Source of the DNA: Vermamoeba vermiformis
Taxonomy: Eukaryota
Reading direction: 5' to 3'
NCBI GenBank assembly: GCA_045837725.1
Contig: JBEWZL010000272.1
Coordinates: 186,001-250,000 of the forward strand
DNA: 64,000 nucleotides
This document shows positions 34,916 to 48,955 of this stretch, in pieces. A program made the translations under genes and the position numbers. Below the pieces are notes generated by a model. That model did not search any database. It saw nothing but the letters and a program-made list of their open reading frames with translations, and was not told where the DNA came from. Each line of letters opens with the position of its first letter. Position 1 is the stretch's first letter.

Positions 34916-37900
34916 ATGGCACAAAGTAAAATTACGTAAGTAGTTTAAGGTAATATTTGCCGAGCTAATGCGTAATTGAACGCAGATCTTTCTTTGGAGG
35001 AGGAAAAAAGCCCGCCATTAAAGAGGAAAATAATACAAAACCGCTAGAAATTAAATCTGACCCAGAGGGTAAATATTCGAACGGTATACCTCAGTATTAA
35101 TTATTTCAGACGCTGAAAATAAAGTTGGCAGCACGTCACCAAAAAGAAAGGCAGATCCGACAACATCCTCACTTGCAGAGGTAAAATCTAAATATGAATA
35201 ATTAATAAAATTAATAAATTGTTTAGCCACCGAGTAAGAAGCAAAAAACAGGTACGAGATCAATATAAAAATGTGCTCCAGTTACTGCACCAATCTGTTG
35301 AAATATGCAATACAAATAATAATAATAATGAAATAGAATCGAAAGCACGAGGAATATTGACGTCGGATCCAAATTTTCCCGATCGCGAACCTGTTTATGG
35401 ACCTGTCCTGGATGCGTGGTGGCCTGAGGGCTCAAGGTATGAACCAATACGATTGATTAGCGTTGTTAAGCATATTATAGTGTCCCTTATATTCATCTGA
35501 GCCGCACATTTCAAGAGCTGGAAAAACATACGAAAAGGTAAGATCTAATCATGTCTGACATTTACTCGATTACTAACACTATTATTATCATAGAACTACT
35601 ATTTTGGAGCTGTTAACATTAATGTTCCTGCCTGTATTGAAATACTCGCCTGACGACTTCTTGTCCGTATTCTACTTGTGCGTGCATAAAGTACGTACTT
35701 TCGGTTGCCTTGTAATTTCCTTATATGGAAATATTTAACATTATTTTAATGTAGGTGGCACCTGTATGGGAAGGAGTAGAGTTAGGCGTTGGAGATTCAA
35801 TTCTGTTCAGCGCTATTGCCGAGGTAACTGGTCGGTCAACAGCGGAGCTGAGAAAAGATTTTGTAGCCCTGGGAGATTTAGGCGACGTTGCACAAGTACG
35901 TTTTACGAGCCAATTACACCATTTAAGGCTATAATAACCATATTTGTGCTTAGAAAAGTCGAAGTCATCAAAAAACAATGTTCACACCAAAACCTCTTTC
36001 GGTGCCACAAGTCTTTGCAGCGATGAAAGAAATAGCGTTCATGAAAGGCAATTCCGTACGTTATTAATATAGTCGAAAAATAATAGGGACTATAATTTAA
36101 TGAAGACTATAGTCACAAAAGCAAAAGAAAGATAAAATGAAAGGATTGCTCAGCAGTTGCCGTGAGGACGAAGCGAAGTTCATTTTCAGAACTCTTAGTG
36201 TACGTATATAAGTACGATATAATAGGAACAATAGTACGAACGTAAAATAGGGCAAATTACGAGTACGCATGTTAGAACGAACACTCATCGCTGCGCTAGC
36301 AAATGCATTGTATTATACGCAGAATGAGAGTGCATACCAGCAATTTCGTGCAATTGTTTCTCAAGGCAGTACGTATTTCGTTACTCACTTATTATACGAA
36401 TTATTAATTTTAAATTTTTTCTGTGCAGAGGCTGCCGATCTTATGGAGGTCATTGAAATTGACGATGATGAAGACCTCATTCTTCAGCCTAAGAAAGTTA
36501 AGAAGGCGAGCAAGACGGGTGCAAAAGAGAGCGAAGAATTGAAAGAAAAACTCCGCTGGGCTCAAGAAATATTACGCGTCGTGTTCAATGAAATGCCTTG
36601 CTACGACGAAATTATTCCGCTTTTGCTGGAGAAGAAATTATCCGAACTCGAAGGAAAATCATTCTTAAAGCCAGGTACGTAAAGTCTAACGCAAAAATTT
36701 CCTTTTATGGTAACTCACACGTGCATTATTTTTTAGGCTTCCCGTTGAAACCAATGTTAGCCAATAGAGCTGACGGTATTGCTGAAGTTCAAAAAAGATT
36801 CGGCGACAACGAATTCATTCTTGAATACAAATACGATGGTGAACGGGCACAGGTACTGAGGTTTATAAATTAATAACGAGACTAATACACTATCTTAGAT
36901 ACATAGAACAGATGATGGCTCAATTAAAATTTTCAGTCGTGCTTGTGAAGATCACACTAAGAAATTTCCCGACGTTTTGTTGATGCTGCCGGAAATTGTA
37001 AGTAATCTTTACTAATTACTTAGACCATACTAATTATTATGGTAGCTATTGTCTCCTGATACTACGTTCATCATTGACTGTGAAATCGTTGCAATTAAAG
37101 AAGACGATGCCGTTATGCCGCCAGCACCCGAAGCAGAAAAAATGACCGGGCCTGAAGAAGCGAAATCTTCTCGTGGATTTAACATTTTGCCGTTCCAATT
37201 GTTAGCTACAAGAGCACGAAAGGTTTGGGCAACTGGGACTGTTTCGGTTTTTGACGTTTTTATTGACACGTGTCATTTCGTAGGAAGTCAAGCTCGAAGA
37301 CATCAAGATTCGCGTGGCACTGTTTGCATTTGATATTTTATATCTCAATGGCCAGGTAACAAAATAACTTAATTTAATAGGCATGTAAATTAATACTAGT
37401 GTTCTTTTTGAAGTCGTTGATCAAGTTTCCGTTACATCAACGAAGAGAAAAGCTGTTGGAGAATTTTAAGATTGTTCCAGGGAAATTTCAGTTGGTCGAA
37501 TCGATCAGCAGCAAAAACAGCAGCGTGGAAGACATGAGCAACTTTTTGAAAAAAGCGATCGATGATAATTGCGAAGGCCTAATGTGCAAGATATTAGCTA
37601 CTGATGACGCGCACTATCAGCTCAGTAAGAGGTCGAATTCGTGGTTGAAAGTTAAAAAAGATTTTGCGGGCATGGTGGATTCGTTGGATCTGGTCGTGAT
37701 TGGCGGTTATTACGGACGAGGCAAACGAGTTGGAACATATGGATCTTACTTATTAGCTGTTTATGACAGCGACAACGATACATTTCAAGCTATTACTAAG
37801 GTACGTGCAAATGAGAGTTCGTTCACTGAACGCTACATTCATGAACGGCAAAAAAACTAATTTTTATCGATTTTAGTGCATGACTGGCTTTACGGACGAA

Positions 37901-38314
37901 TTTTTAAGTAGTACTGCACAATTCTTTGAAAATCATAAGCTAGCAGGACCTCCTACATATTATTTATGTTCGCCCAGTCAAGCACCTGATGTGTGGTTTG
38001 AGCCTGTACAAGTTTGGGAAATTCAATACGCTGACTTTTCGATATCGCCGGTACACAAGGCTGCCATAGGATTGGTCCGTATTGACAATATACAATATAG
38101 GTCCCTAGTATTATGCTAATATAGTGTTATTTAGGTTGAAGAAGATAAGGGCATATCAATTCGGTTCCCGCGATACATCAGATCTCGCGATGACAAAACT
38201 CCGGAGAATGCAACCACGGCTGATGAGATTGCCGAGATGTATCATAGACAGAATAGCAAGGTTGTTAATAGTCTTGGATCTAATAGTAATCGCAATGTAA
38301 ATACCGACGAGTAG
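34916..38314 (+). CDS. LIG1: ATP-dependent DNA ligase I-like
   Basis: N-terminal PIP box [79 protein letters not shown]. Could be a LIG1 paralog. Confidence 0.9.
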
Positions 38315-38432
38315 ATCCAAAAATAGAAACATGAAGATTTTGTCAACTCTTGATTATTTTATTTCTGAACGTTAACTCAATACCACACAAGACAATAATA
38401 TTATGCGAAGAGAATATTAAAATTGTATATAG

Positions 38433-40318
38433 ATGTTTTGGACCTTGATCTTGGTGGTTTGTATGGGATTAGGAGTTGGAGCAGCCTATCTTTACAAATT
38501 TAAGGTTACTGACCCTAAGAAAAATTATATACCGCCTCCTTCTGACGCGCTAATAGATCAAGCATTACCAACCGTAAGTCTTTGATCCAAAAAAACAAAA
38601 AATTATTCAAATAATTTCTAACGTATTATTAATAGGAAATAATGCATTTAATAATGCTAGAAAGTGATCTTCAAACGCTATTAAATATTTCTGAAGTCAG
38701 CAAGTATTGGAATTATTTATCAAACCAGGATTTCATTCGTGATCGCGTTTATAAGAAAGAGTACGTCATTATTAGAAAATATTAATATTAGTATTATAAT
38801 TAATGTGCATATAGAGGAAATTATAGGCCAACAAAAGAAGAATTTGAGGCGGATCAGCGACGAGAAAATAATACCAACTTTATTCCTTATGAGTCAATGC
38901 AATGGCTACAATACGATCGAGTAATACATATATGATATCGATTATAATAGGAAATATTATTAACTTGACTGTAGGAAACGCACCCTCCCCATTGGATCGT
39001 TGAAGATCTACATCTGTCGAAAAAACGCGATAAGAAGATTATAGACGCACCACTTCCAGTACTTTATGACTTCGAACGTAGTTTAGGATATATACCAAAC
39101 GGTGTTACTAGAGAAGTGCACACTCGCATGACAAAGTAAGTTCAATTTGTCGAACCACATCCAAAAAAGTGAGAATTTTTTCGAAACCAAGAATTATTTC
39201 ATAATAAGCAATTAATATAATTTTTAGGTATCTCGTTAAATTGAGATTGAACTCGGTCGCAATTACAGTACTCGACAATTGGAAATTTCGTGAAGGCGAC
39301 AACAAAGATCTGACGATTATTATTCCAAAACAACAAATTCAACCAGAATGGAAATTCATTCAACACGTGCCAGTGGAGATTATATCAGATATGATTGCAT
39401 TGTTACCTGGCGTTGTGTATCTTCGCAACATCGAGCGCTATCGTGTGATTGACAACAGAAAACTGATTGCAGGTACTTGATAAACTCAATTTAAATTAAT
39501 TAATTAAATTTAATTAGTTTAAAATTCCTGACTAAATTGTAATTTTAATTTGTCAGCAAATTACAAGTTCTTTCAATTGATGCAGCAATCTACATTTACT
39601 AAGTTCCACTAGTACTCTTTTAAACAATATTTCCTAATTAGGAAGGTTGCCAAGGGATGATTATCTTGTAAACTTGCTTTTTCTCCTGCTCATACCATGC
39701 TTAATGATGGATTTATGGACCATGCCAAGTGGATTTCAATACGTCATTTATTACATTATTGCAGTTGTCAGTGTCATTACTGTTTTTATATTTGCAGCTG
39801 TAGCTCTATGGCAAGGAAAGCAGTGGGAGTTAGTCAAGGGATTTATATTTTTTACGAGCATTATTTTGACTATATTGGCATTTGGACTAATTTTCACACC
39901 ATGGATGATCACCTTAAGAATTGGATTCTTTATTGCAACTCTTCACATTACGACACAATACTTTGTAAATACACACAAGTATATCATTCGATCTTACCAC
40001 AAATATGCACTTGCCATATTAGGCTATATTGGAATTATGATACTTTTTGTGCTGGACTGGAAGTTAATGGCAGATTCACTGAAAGACGGAACAACTTGGC
40101 CAACATTACTGTACAATTGCTTAATTTACTGTGGATTCATTGCATTTTTGTTCTATTTAAACTTTGGCAGAAACTCAACAAACCAATACATGCAACGAAC
40201 TTGGACCTTTAAAGGAGCAATGAAAATAGACAAGCCACTCAAGATCTATTTGATTGTAAGTGCACTAGTAAGTGTGCTACTTGCTTTGTGGGCACCAAAT
40301 TTGTACAAAGTACTGTAA
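38433..40318 (+). CDS. Membrane protein with an N-terminal TM, an F-box and a C-terminal polytopic (~6 TM) domain
   Basis: MFWTLILVVCMGLGVGAAYLY (TM); ALPT|EIMHLIMLESDLQTLLNISEVSKYWNYLS (F-box pattern); hydrophobic ORF 39647-40318. Joining of the middle exons was not fully verified. Confidence 0.6.
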
Positions 40319-40566
40319 ATAAATGAACTGGAAATGAACGAGAAGATTTATTTGGTTGAACTCTGCAAACTCTAAACTTTGAATCTAACTCATAAATTGC
40401 AGCAACCTTGTAATGTCGGTGCTAGCTGTGATGCAGTGTAGGATTATAATTGGACTTAAACTGCGACTAAACGATCGTATTTTTGGCCTGGAAAAAATAA
40501 ATTTTTGCTCGAATTACATTGATCCACGAATTGCTTATCGAAGAGTTTAAATTTATATAAGCACAC

Positions 40567-43097
40567 TTATATACGATGCATCTCTTCCATATCTTCAGGA
40601 ATATGAAACTGTGTTTGCAGCTTTTGACTTTTTGTCTCGGGGATCAAAAACGTCGCACCAAATCCAGCTGCTGCAACAACCGCGCAAGCCAAAAACGTCA
40701 TACTATAGCATATGTAAGTATATATATAAAATGATATTATAATTATTCTAGTCTTACTTGTATCCAAAAGCGGAAGAAAAAGGTTCAAAAACAGATGCAC
40801 CAATAATTGCACCAATTTTTCCAGCAGCAGATGAAATTCCGTGACACGTGGCTCTAATTTCAGTAGGATAGGCTTCACTAGCTACGACATATGTCGTAGT
40901 ATTCGGACCAAAGTTCGAGAAGAAAAACGTCAGTGCGTAGACGACGACGAACAACCAGCCGATCTCGATCAGTTGTTTGTAGAGCAGACTCATCAATAGG
41001 AACAATATAGTGATAGCTGCAAATCCTGCATATTAAAAGAACACTATTAGTTGCATTCTATAAACATAAGAACCATTTTTAGATTCGGATCCGAAGTAAT
41101 TCAATTTCTTTTTCATTCACGAAAAATATTATAGACAGCACTTATTTCCATATATGGTAATAACATACCCATAAATTGAATCGGTCTTCGGCCCCATTTA
41201 TCGATCAAGAAGACGCTGACCCAATAGCCAGGAATGGACAGTATTGCAATGACCAATGACGAGACAGCAGTGCGGAATAATTTGTCTTCATCGGAGCCTG
41301 TTCCGCTGAGTCCGAGCAACATGAATACTGTCTCTTTGAACAGACCATTGCCATAAAAGGTAATGTCGAATAATAGCCACGTGCCTGCTGTTCCGAGCAG
41401 CACCAATTTATAATCCTATATTAACATAGTATATATAAGCATATTATATAAAAAATATAGCTAATGTTGTTTAGAAAATAAATTTCATTAAAAAAATCGA
41501 TTTTTTGGATCCGTGTTTGTACCTTGAAAATCAATCGTGCCGTGGCCTTGACAGAAGGTTTCATACTTTGACTCTTTTGGAACTGCACTGAGTCCTCGAG
41601 CCTCAAGCGGTAGTACAACGTGCACAAGCCCGGAATACCTCCGAAGCCTAATGTAATGCGCCAAATGTACTCCTCGGGCACGTGTAAGCCAACCAACAGC
41701 AACACTGCAAAAATAACGCAAATTAACATCATATTAATAACTTAAATAATAATATGTTATAGGGTAATATATAATGATATGGAAGAAGCATAAAGCTCAT
41801 ATAAAAAAAAATGAAATGCGGATGTACCTCCACTGTTAGCGAATTTTTTTGGATACTGCACGTGCACTAATATAGACATAAATGCGTCATACTTACCGAC
41901 AAGAGGAGCTAATAAATAACCGAATCCTTGCATCGCGAATACAATGGCCATCGTTCGTCCACGCGTCGCGGGATCCGTTGCGCCTTCAGCAGCGAGTGTC
42001 GCACTGAGTGGATATTCACCGCCAATGCCAAAGCCGAGAATTGTTCGGAATATGCCTAGTGTCAAATATATATACCTATAATATTATAATTAGTGCCTAA
42101 TCAATCAAATTACTTGATCAAAAAAAAAATTTTGTTCGGGATCAAAAAAAGCAGATCCGATTAAAAAAAATTATTCAATTTGCATATCACGCACGTTAAG
42201 TAGCAAGCGAAATTAAATTGTTTTTGGTTCAGTGAAATAAAAATGAACGGAAGATGGACTGGTTAGTGAGTTACGCACTGATTGGTCGGGAATGCAAATG
42301 CGCACAAAAATGCCATGACCGTGATGATAATCAACGTGATGAAAAACATTTTGCGACGCCCTATCTTATCACCCATAACACCGAAGAATAATTGTCCTAT
42401 CGTCGTTCCTAATAAACGAAAATGTTAGTATCGTTCCAAACAACTAATGGATTTTTCCTAATTTGGTAAGTCATTCTTGTTAATTAATTGAGTTCCAGTT
42501 GCGTTACTTTAATTGGCAAAAAAAATTCGCACGTGGAGCACGGGAAGTTAATTACCTAATAATACTGCTGTCGCGAGCAAGGCTTCTGCTGTCGTATTTT
42601 GTCCGTAAAGTCTTCGAATGATCACTAAAACGATGCCGATCACGAAGAGATCGTAAGCGTCGGTCATAAAACCGATTGAAATGACCAGCATGCGTACTGC
42701 TGGGCTTAATGGCTTCTTTTTGCTGCCAGATATGCCTTCTATATCTAATTCTGTGTCTGTTAAGCCCTAGAAAAAATCGTGTGTCAAAATCTAGAAATCC
42801 GGATCTCGAAAAATTCTTGCAATTTTTGTTAAAATAGAAATACCGTATTTGCGTATCCTTCATTCGATTCGATAAGTCCTTTTTTGACTTCTTTCTTTTC
42901 TGTTTTTGGATCGGTAAAGTCGTACCGACCCGGTCTATCATTTTCGTGTGTCGAATCGCCTAATTAATTAAAATTATGAAAATAATACTTAAAAAATTAT
43001 GGATAATACCATTGTTTAACATTACTTCGTCTTCTGATTCGCTGAAGTGAACTGCGATATTTTCTTCAAGCGGCACGCTCTCTGTTTCTTGATCCAT
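40567..43097 (-). CDS. PHO84: MFS phosphate:H+ symporter (PHO84/PHT1 family)
   Basis: [84 protein letters not shown]. Confidence 0.92.
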
Positions 43098-43577
43098 TGC
43101 TGAATATTTGTTAATATTATTTCATTTATATGGGATATTATAGTAAGAGGGTCCGATTTTGTATTTGATCATTGTTTTTGAAAAGATCGGAACCGAATTT
43201 TTTAAAAAATTTATTTCGTTTTGTATTACTTGTCTAATTATCATTTATAGATTATTTTTACTATTTAAACAAATTTCTCGTCAAGACTTCCACTTACTCT
43301 TTATTTGGAGTGTAGATTAGCTTTGTATTTGTTTACTTATTCTAGAATAAATATTACGTTGAGAAGAGTTAGTATTTCTGCTGGTTACAGTGAATTCATC
43401 GTAGCGTGTGTTGCGTCTCTTCAATTAAAAGTTCCCTTTCGTTTTTTCGAATTTGTTCTTCCGAGGGTCTTAAAGTGTGAAGCCGATCAGGCCGGCTGAA
43501 AGTCTCCAGTTTTCTTTTTTAACGTCTATCAGTGCATCACATAGGCGTCATGTATTATTACATTACGTTTCTTTTAT

Positions 43578-46500
43578 TTACAACAAAAAAACTAGCGAAT
43601 TCAGGTCGCTACAAAAATGGTTGGATGTCGCTTCGTCAAGGTATTTACAAATCAATTCAAATAAGCGACTATTGTTGCGGATGATTGACGACATATAATG
43701 TTTGCGGCTGGTTGATAGTAATCGTTTGATAAATCGTGTGCGTATTAACGTACGGCGTCGTATAATTTCCTTCCTTGAAATGCGCGGGCGTGTAGTAGAC
43801 CGGATCCCCGCATTGCCTTCAATTTCCTTAGCCTTAAGTGCAGCATTGTGAATCATAAAGTTCGCTCCTGGTGCATGAGGGTTGTACACGTTCTGCTGCG
43901 GATTCATAATGGTCAGATTTCGACCGTCGTAACTTTGAACAGCTTGAGCAGGGACGTAGACATTAGTACCGTGGTCAGAGGTCGAGTCAGAGATATATGA
44001 CGTGTAGTTGGGCGATGAAGGCACGCTAGTCACAGCCAATGGATCCGGTTCGGCTTCTGAATCTTGCATAGGATCCGAGGGACTTTGACTGGCATAGGAC
44101 GTCAAAGCGGATACAGGATTGACGAACTGATGCATGGCACTAGTCTTTTCAATCTCGTCGGCTGGTGAAGGCACGAGACAGTCTGGAATCACGACCAAAT
44201 GTTTCAACGGACACAGGGGGTTTTCACCTCTCGTCAGGCCCTTGAGATGATGCAAACATGCACGCGCCAAATCAAACTTGCCCGAGTAGACGTTCAGTAT
44301 GCCTTCAATCTATAGTCATAATAAATAAATTGTTAGTAAAGTGAAGATATGGTTCAAAAAGCGAAGGATCTGGCGCGACTAAAAAATTGCGCAAAACTGA
44401 ATCATGCGCTTGTGCTAAATGCACTTGCAACAATTCATTGAGCGTTAATTTAATTCCGCCATGCCATTAAATCAATAGTTATTCCGCCAAAAGATTTTGT
44501 GACACGCGTCATAATCATCGCAGATCCAGCGATAACTAGCGCATCTAGCGCAATTGTGTCTGCATAAGGATAATATACCACTTCATATTTAAATAATGAC
44601 CGTATTAACGCGTAAAATAAGCTTCATAAGAATTCCAAAAAAAAGTTATTTGGTGCCGTACCTGCTGTTCCAGATCGTAGTCTCTCATCGCGAGTGCGAA
44701 CTGTCCCACAACAAAGTACAACGAGATGAGCATGAACTGGTCTTGGAAGTGTTTGTACTGATAGAACTTCTTGATCACACTCGAGCACAGCGTCTTTGCG
44801 TACGTAAAGTTTTGGATCAGCACGTGGTACCAAGCCTTGTAGATCTCAGCGCGGCACTCAGTCTCCATCCTATAGTGCCATACTATTAGTACCGTATTAT
44901 CATCGTAAACCGCCCGTTCTAATAATAGTGCCAGTCAAACTTCAAAAAAAGTTAAAAATATTTTGGATCCACAAAGACGCCGTTGCAGATCTTAATATGA
45001 AATTCTAATATAGATATATAAGATAGTAGTACTTACTTAATCTGAGTATTAATAGTGTTCTTATTGATCAACGTAACTTTCTCGAGTTCGTTGCTGATAT
45101 GAGGAATCATGCCTGATGTTCGAACATCGTTAAAAAAATCATCGCGTCTCTTATTGATGGTGTTGAACTTGGTCAGTTGGTGTTTAACCTAATTAGGAAA
45201 TGATTAGCGAAACTATAGTTTGAGGTACAATACGCGACCAAAAATCGGATCCTATTTGCACTTTTAACTTGACAATTCTATCACGTATCATAATCGGTTG
45301 TAAATAGTTTAGAAGGTATGATATATAGAGGTGCCAGGTGAAGTTCACAAAAGAACGACATGAGGATTTTTGGTCCAAAAATGGCAAATTCAAATTTAAA
45401 ATCAAGTAGGAATTATTCAAAAAATCGGATACAATAAGAAATAAAGAATAACGTTGTATACTAATAAAATTTAACGCTCGATTATTTCAAATTAATCGAA
45501 GTAGTTAGTTGGAACTCAATTTAACGAAAGGTAACGGATCGCTTTGTTGTCATCAAATACTAAGATAATATGACTAAAGGTAGTCTACTTACCTTGAATA
45601 ATAACCGATAGATATCCAATAATGTATTATGATAGCTCTTTGGAATAACACCGTCGAGTGAATCGATTAATCGTTGTGCATCAGGTCTATAATCCAATAA
45701 GATTAATACCACGATTATTATACTATTATAGTCAGTAGAATGGAATCGCGTAACTACAAAAGGAAAAATTTCTCGTGATCTGAACGAAACTAATTACGAG
45801 CTGTTACACGAGCTTAGAGCACCTTCAATATTTAAAATAACTATATATGTCACTTGACTTACGTGCTAGGACTAACGCTAGACAGCCACAAGTTGATCCA
45901 CTGTCCGATCTGGCGCGTGTCCACGATCAGACCCTCATTGCCCTCCACGTTGTTATTTTTCAAGCGCCATTTAGCATCAGCATTGGAAGGTGGGTTATTG
46001 AATAGATGTGTTTGCACTTTGAGGTAATACGACCTTGACGATAACATTTCACCACGAGCAACGTAAAACAAGCCAAGATTGTAGTACGAGGCGATAACGA
46101 CCGGATCTCGCAGATCTGTTAACTCTGCTGCGTATTTGCTGCGTATAAATACCATTAATACCTCTGTTTTTGAATTACTGCTATTTTAATGCTTACGCAG
46201 CGTGAGTGATAAAGCGATCTGCCTTGCCAGCAGCGCCGAGTGTAAGAGCTCCGTGACCGAGCATTGTATATGTTAACATTACCAAAGGCATCCCTAATAA
46301 ATGAATATGATTAATACCCGTCTATTACCACTTGATATCTTGCTACAATGACGCTAAAGTATGGATGCGATCCGACAAAAAAAATAGCGCGTGAGTTTTG
46401 CAAACGAGGTGATATTGTCAAAATATATACTACAGTAGTACTTACGATCTTCGGTAACAAAATTAGCAGGATTAAGCATGATTTTAACTCCTGTAAAAGG

Positions 46501-48145
46501 CTGGACCCAGAAGTTGTATTGGTCGACCAAATATTGAATATCGCACGACGTTTGCAGCCACATCGCGTTGTAAATATGGAGCATTCTCTATAAATACAAG
46601 TTTCATATTAGTACGATTGCCACGTTGCGTTGAAAAAAAACTCGAAATTTACGCAGCTGAAAATTTAATTCGTAGAAATTCGCTGAATTAATATTATAAT
46701 AGCAGCCGGATCGATGTCATACAGAACGCACTCATAATCTTTAAACTCTTAACATATAAGTTGGTTATATGTCATCATGTTACGCCGGACTAACAAAGTT
46801 ACGAATGTACACATAACCGTTGCGACTCATTATTACGCGACAATATCTCGGAAACTAATTGACTTAGTCTATATAAGATAAAAGACCTGCGTTAGGCATT
46901 TGAAATATTAAGGTTGAGCGTTTTAGACTTTTTGTAAGGATCGATGGTGAGCAAAACTAGTTAAGTAATCATTTAACTGTTTTGTAGCGTAGCATCGCCT
47001 ATAGTTTCGTTATGGTGTACTTATAGTGGTTTAGATAATTTAGCCGATAAAGTTGAAACGGATGTGCTGACATCAAAAATAACGGAACCACTAATTAAAC
47101 GTAATTGAGCTATTACGACTACTAAAGATATGTATTATGCCAATAAGTATAATAGCACCGAATCAGCACAAATCGTCGTTCATGAACGAAAGGCTGTGTC
47201 AAAAATAGCTACTGCCTTTTTCAATTCTCGCAAGAATCTACCGGCAAAATAGCGAGATCTGATAATTAAAATAATCGAGTTCTGATAGTATGTCTTATAC
47301 ACATATCACCATTAGTCTATCCGCATAACGAATTTTCGTGCTTCAGAATTTTGCAGCGGAGTAAGAGTTATTCCGTCTCTGAGCCGGATGTCGTTCGATG
47401 AAGACAGTAATGAATAGTATAAATATGCCTCTATATAAAATAAAGTAACTTACCAATTCTTGGATTTTCTTTTGCTTTTTTAGCTCGTCATTTCGTTGTT
47501 GAACTGACTTCAGATTTCGCTCTTCAACTTTTAATTGATCGATTTGTGTTCGTAATATAACCTCTATACAAATAATACATGATCAATAACGAGTACAATA
47601 ATCGATGATAATAGACTAAAACTGTCAATAATGTAAGTTTTGATCGGATTCGTTTGGGCGTGTCACAAAAAATCACTTGGTACTAATACGAATACCTTTT
47701 GGTGACGCATTAGAGTAGGTGCACGTTTTGCCGCGTTCAGTACATGTTTTGCACGGGTAATCACCATTGCCTAATTGCAAATAAATTAATGTCGATTAGC
47801 TTTAATTGTGAGATCTGAATGCGCGGAGAAAGAGCGCTTTAACGGCAAAATAATTTAATTACGCTCGCAATAATAGTGCCGTTTCATCGCTATTACATAA
47901 AACGATGATTTGTTCGATTGTAAGGAGCGGATTTCAAGCACGATTATTAATTTCTTTTCTTAGTAAATCAGCTTACACTTTGCGTGCTGCTTTCGACAAA
48001 CATCACATGCCCTATTATATCCTTTTCCTTCCGATGAGTATTTGCTGAGCTGCGGATCTTGAGAATTTATGATCTTATTTTTCTTTGGTTTATTTACATC
48101 CAGCGTTTTGAAAACGAACTTCTGTTCTATCGGCTGATTAGACAT
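43578..48145 (-). CDS. Zn(II)2Cys6 binuclear-cluster transcription factor
   Basis: RACDVCRKQHAKC|NGDYPCKTCTERGKTCTY split by an intron, followed by a coiled coil and a long multi-exon C-terminal region. 3' end approximate. Confidence 0.8.
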
Positions 48146-48955
48146 ATATAAATATATATATTACAAGAACACAAGCTGTGTTGTTCTGACTCGTGTTATG
48201 AGAAACTAAATAAAAATCTCCACGACAGGATCTTGCAACGACTTATTAGGAAAAATTTCATTTCAACGTTGTGCAGATGTTCCCTTTATTCCCTATGCAC
48301 AGTATTAATTCCGCTTTTGAGGAGGAACTTCGATTGCTTCTTTTTGTTTCAGATGAGATACTTGTAACGGCTAGATTATGTATCGAAACACGGGAGCTCC
48401 TACTTAATCATATTTTGCCATTAAAAACCCTCATTGCTGTCTGTACTCTTTAATTACATGGATTTCAACTCATTGCAGTTCCGATGTTTTAATTCTTCTA
48501 TAGCACAAAGTCACCAATCACGTCTTCCGATATAGCGAAGGAAATCTTCGCTGGTGAGCATAGCTCAGAAGAGTTATTTTCAAAAATTAGTTGCGCGGAT
48601 ACATCCAAATGAGGCACACAGGGAAGCGATCCACGTAACGAAAGTTCAAATAAAAAAGGAGAACGAGTGGTCTATTGTTAGTACTATCAGCTGGAAGAGA
48701 TCCAATATGTATGACCATCGCTTAGCACCTAATTTCTTGCCAATTTGATACAAATATTCAGTTCTAATTTCTTCCACGGATGCGGCTCATGCAAATGTTC
48801 AACTATGTGAGCGCAGACGTATCAAGGCATCGTTATGTAATTATTTAATGCATCTATTATCGATTCATCCCGCTTCCGGGGTGGCAATTTCGGAAATTGA
48901 TTCAAATCACAGATCTGGGTAGAACTGGCTTATAAACAACTTTTATCGTATGAAT

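Noticed and set aside
34916-38314. DNA ligase as part of an integrated giant virus or mobile element
   Set aside because: Intron-rich with host-like splice signals, a PIP box and the eukaryotic LIG1 DNA-binding domain; no viral hallmark genes nearby.
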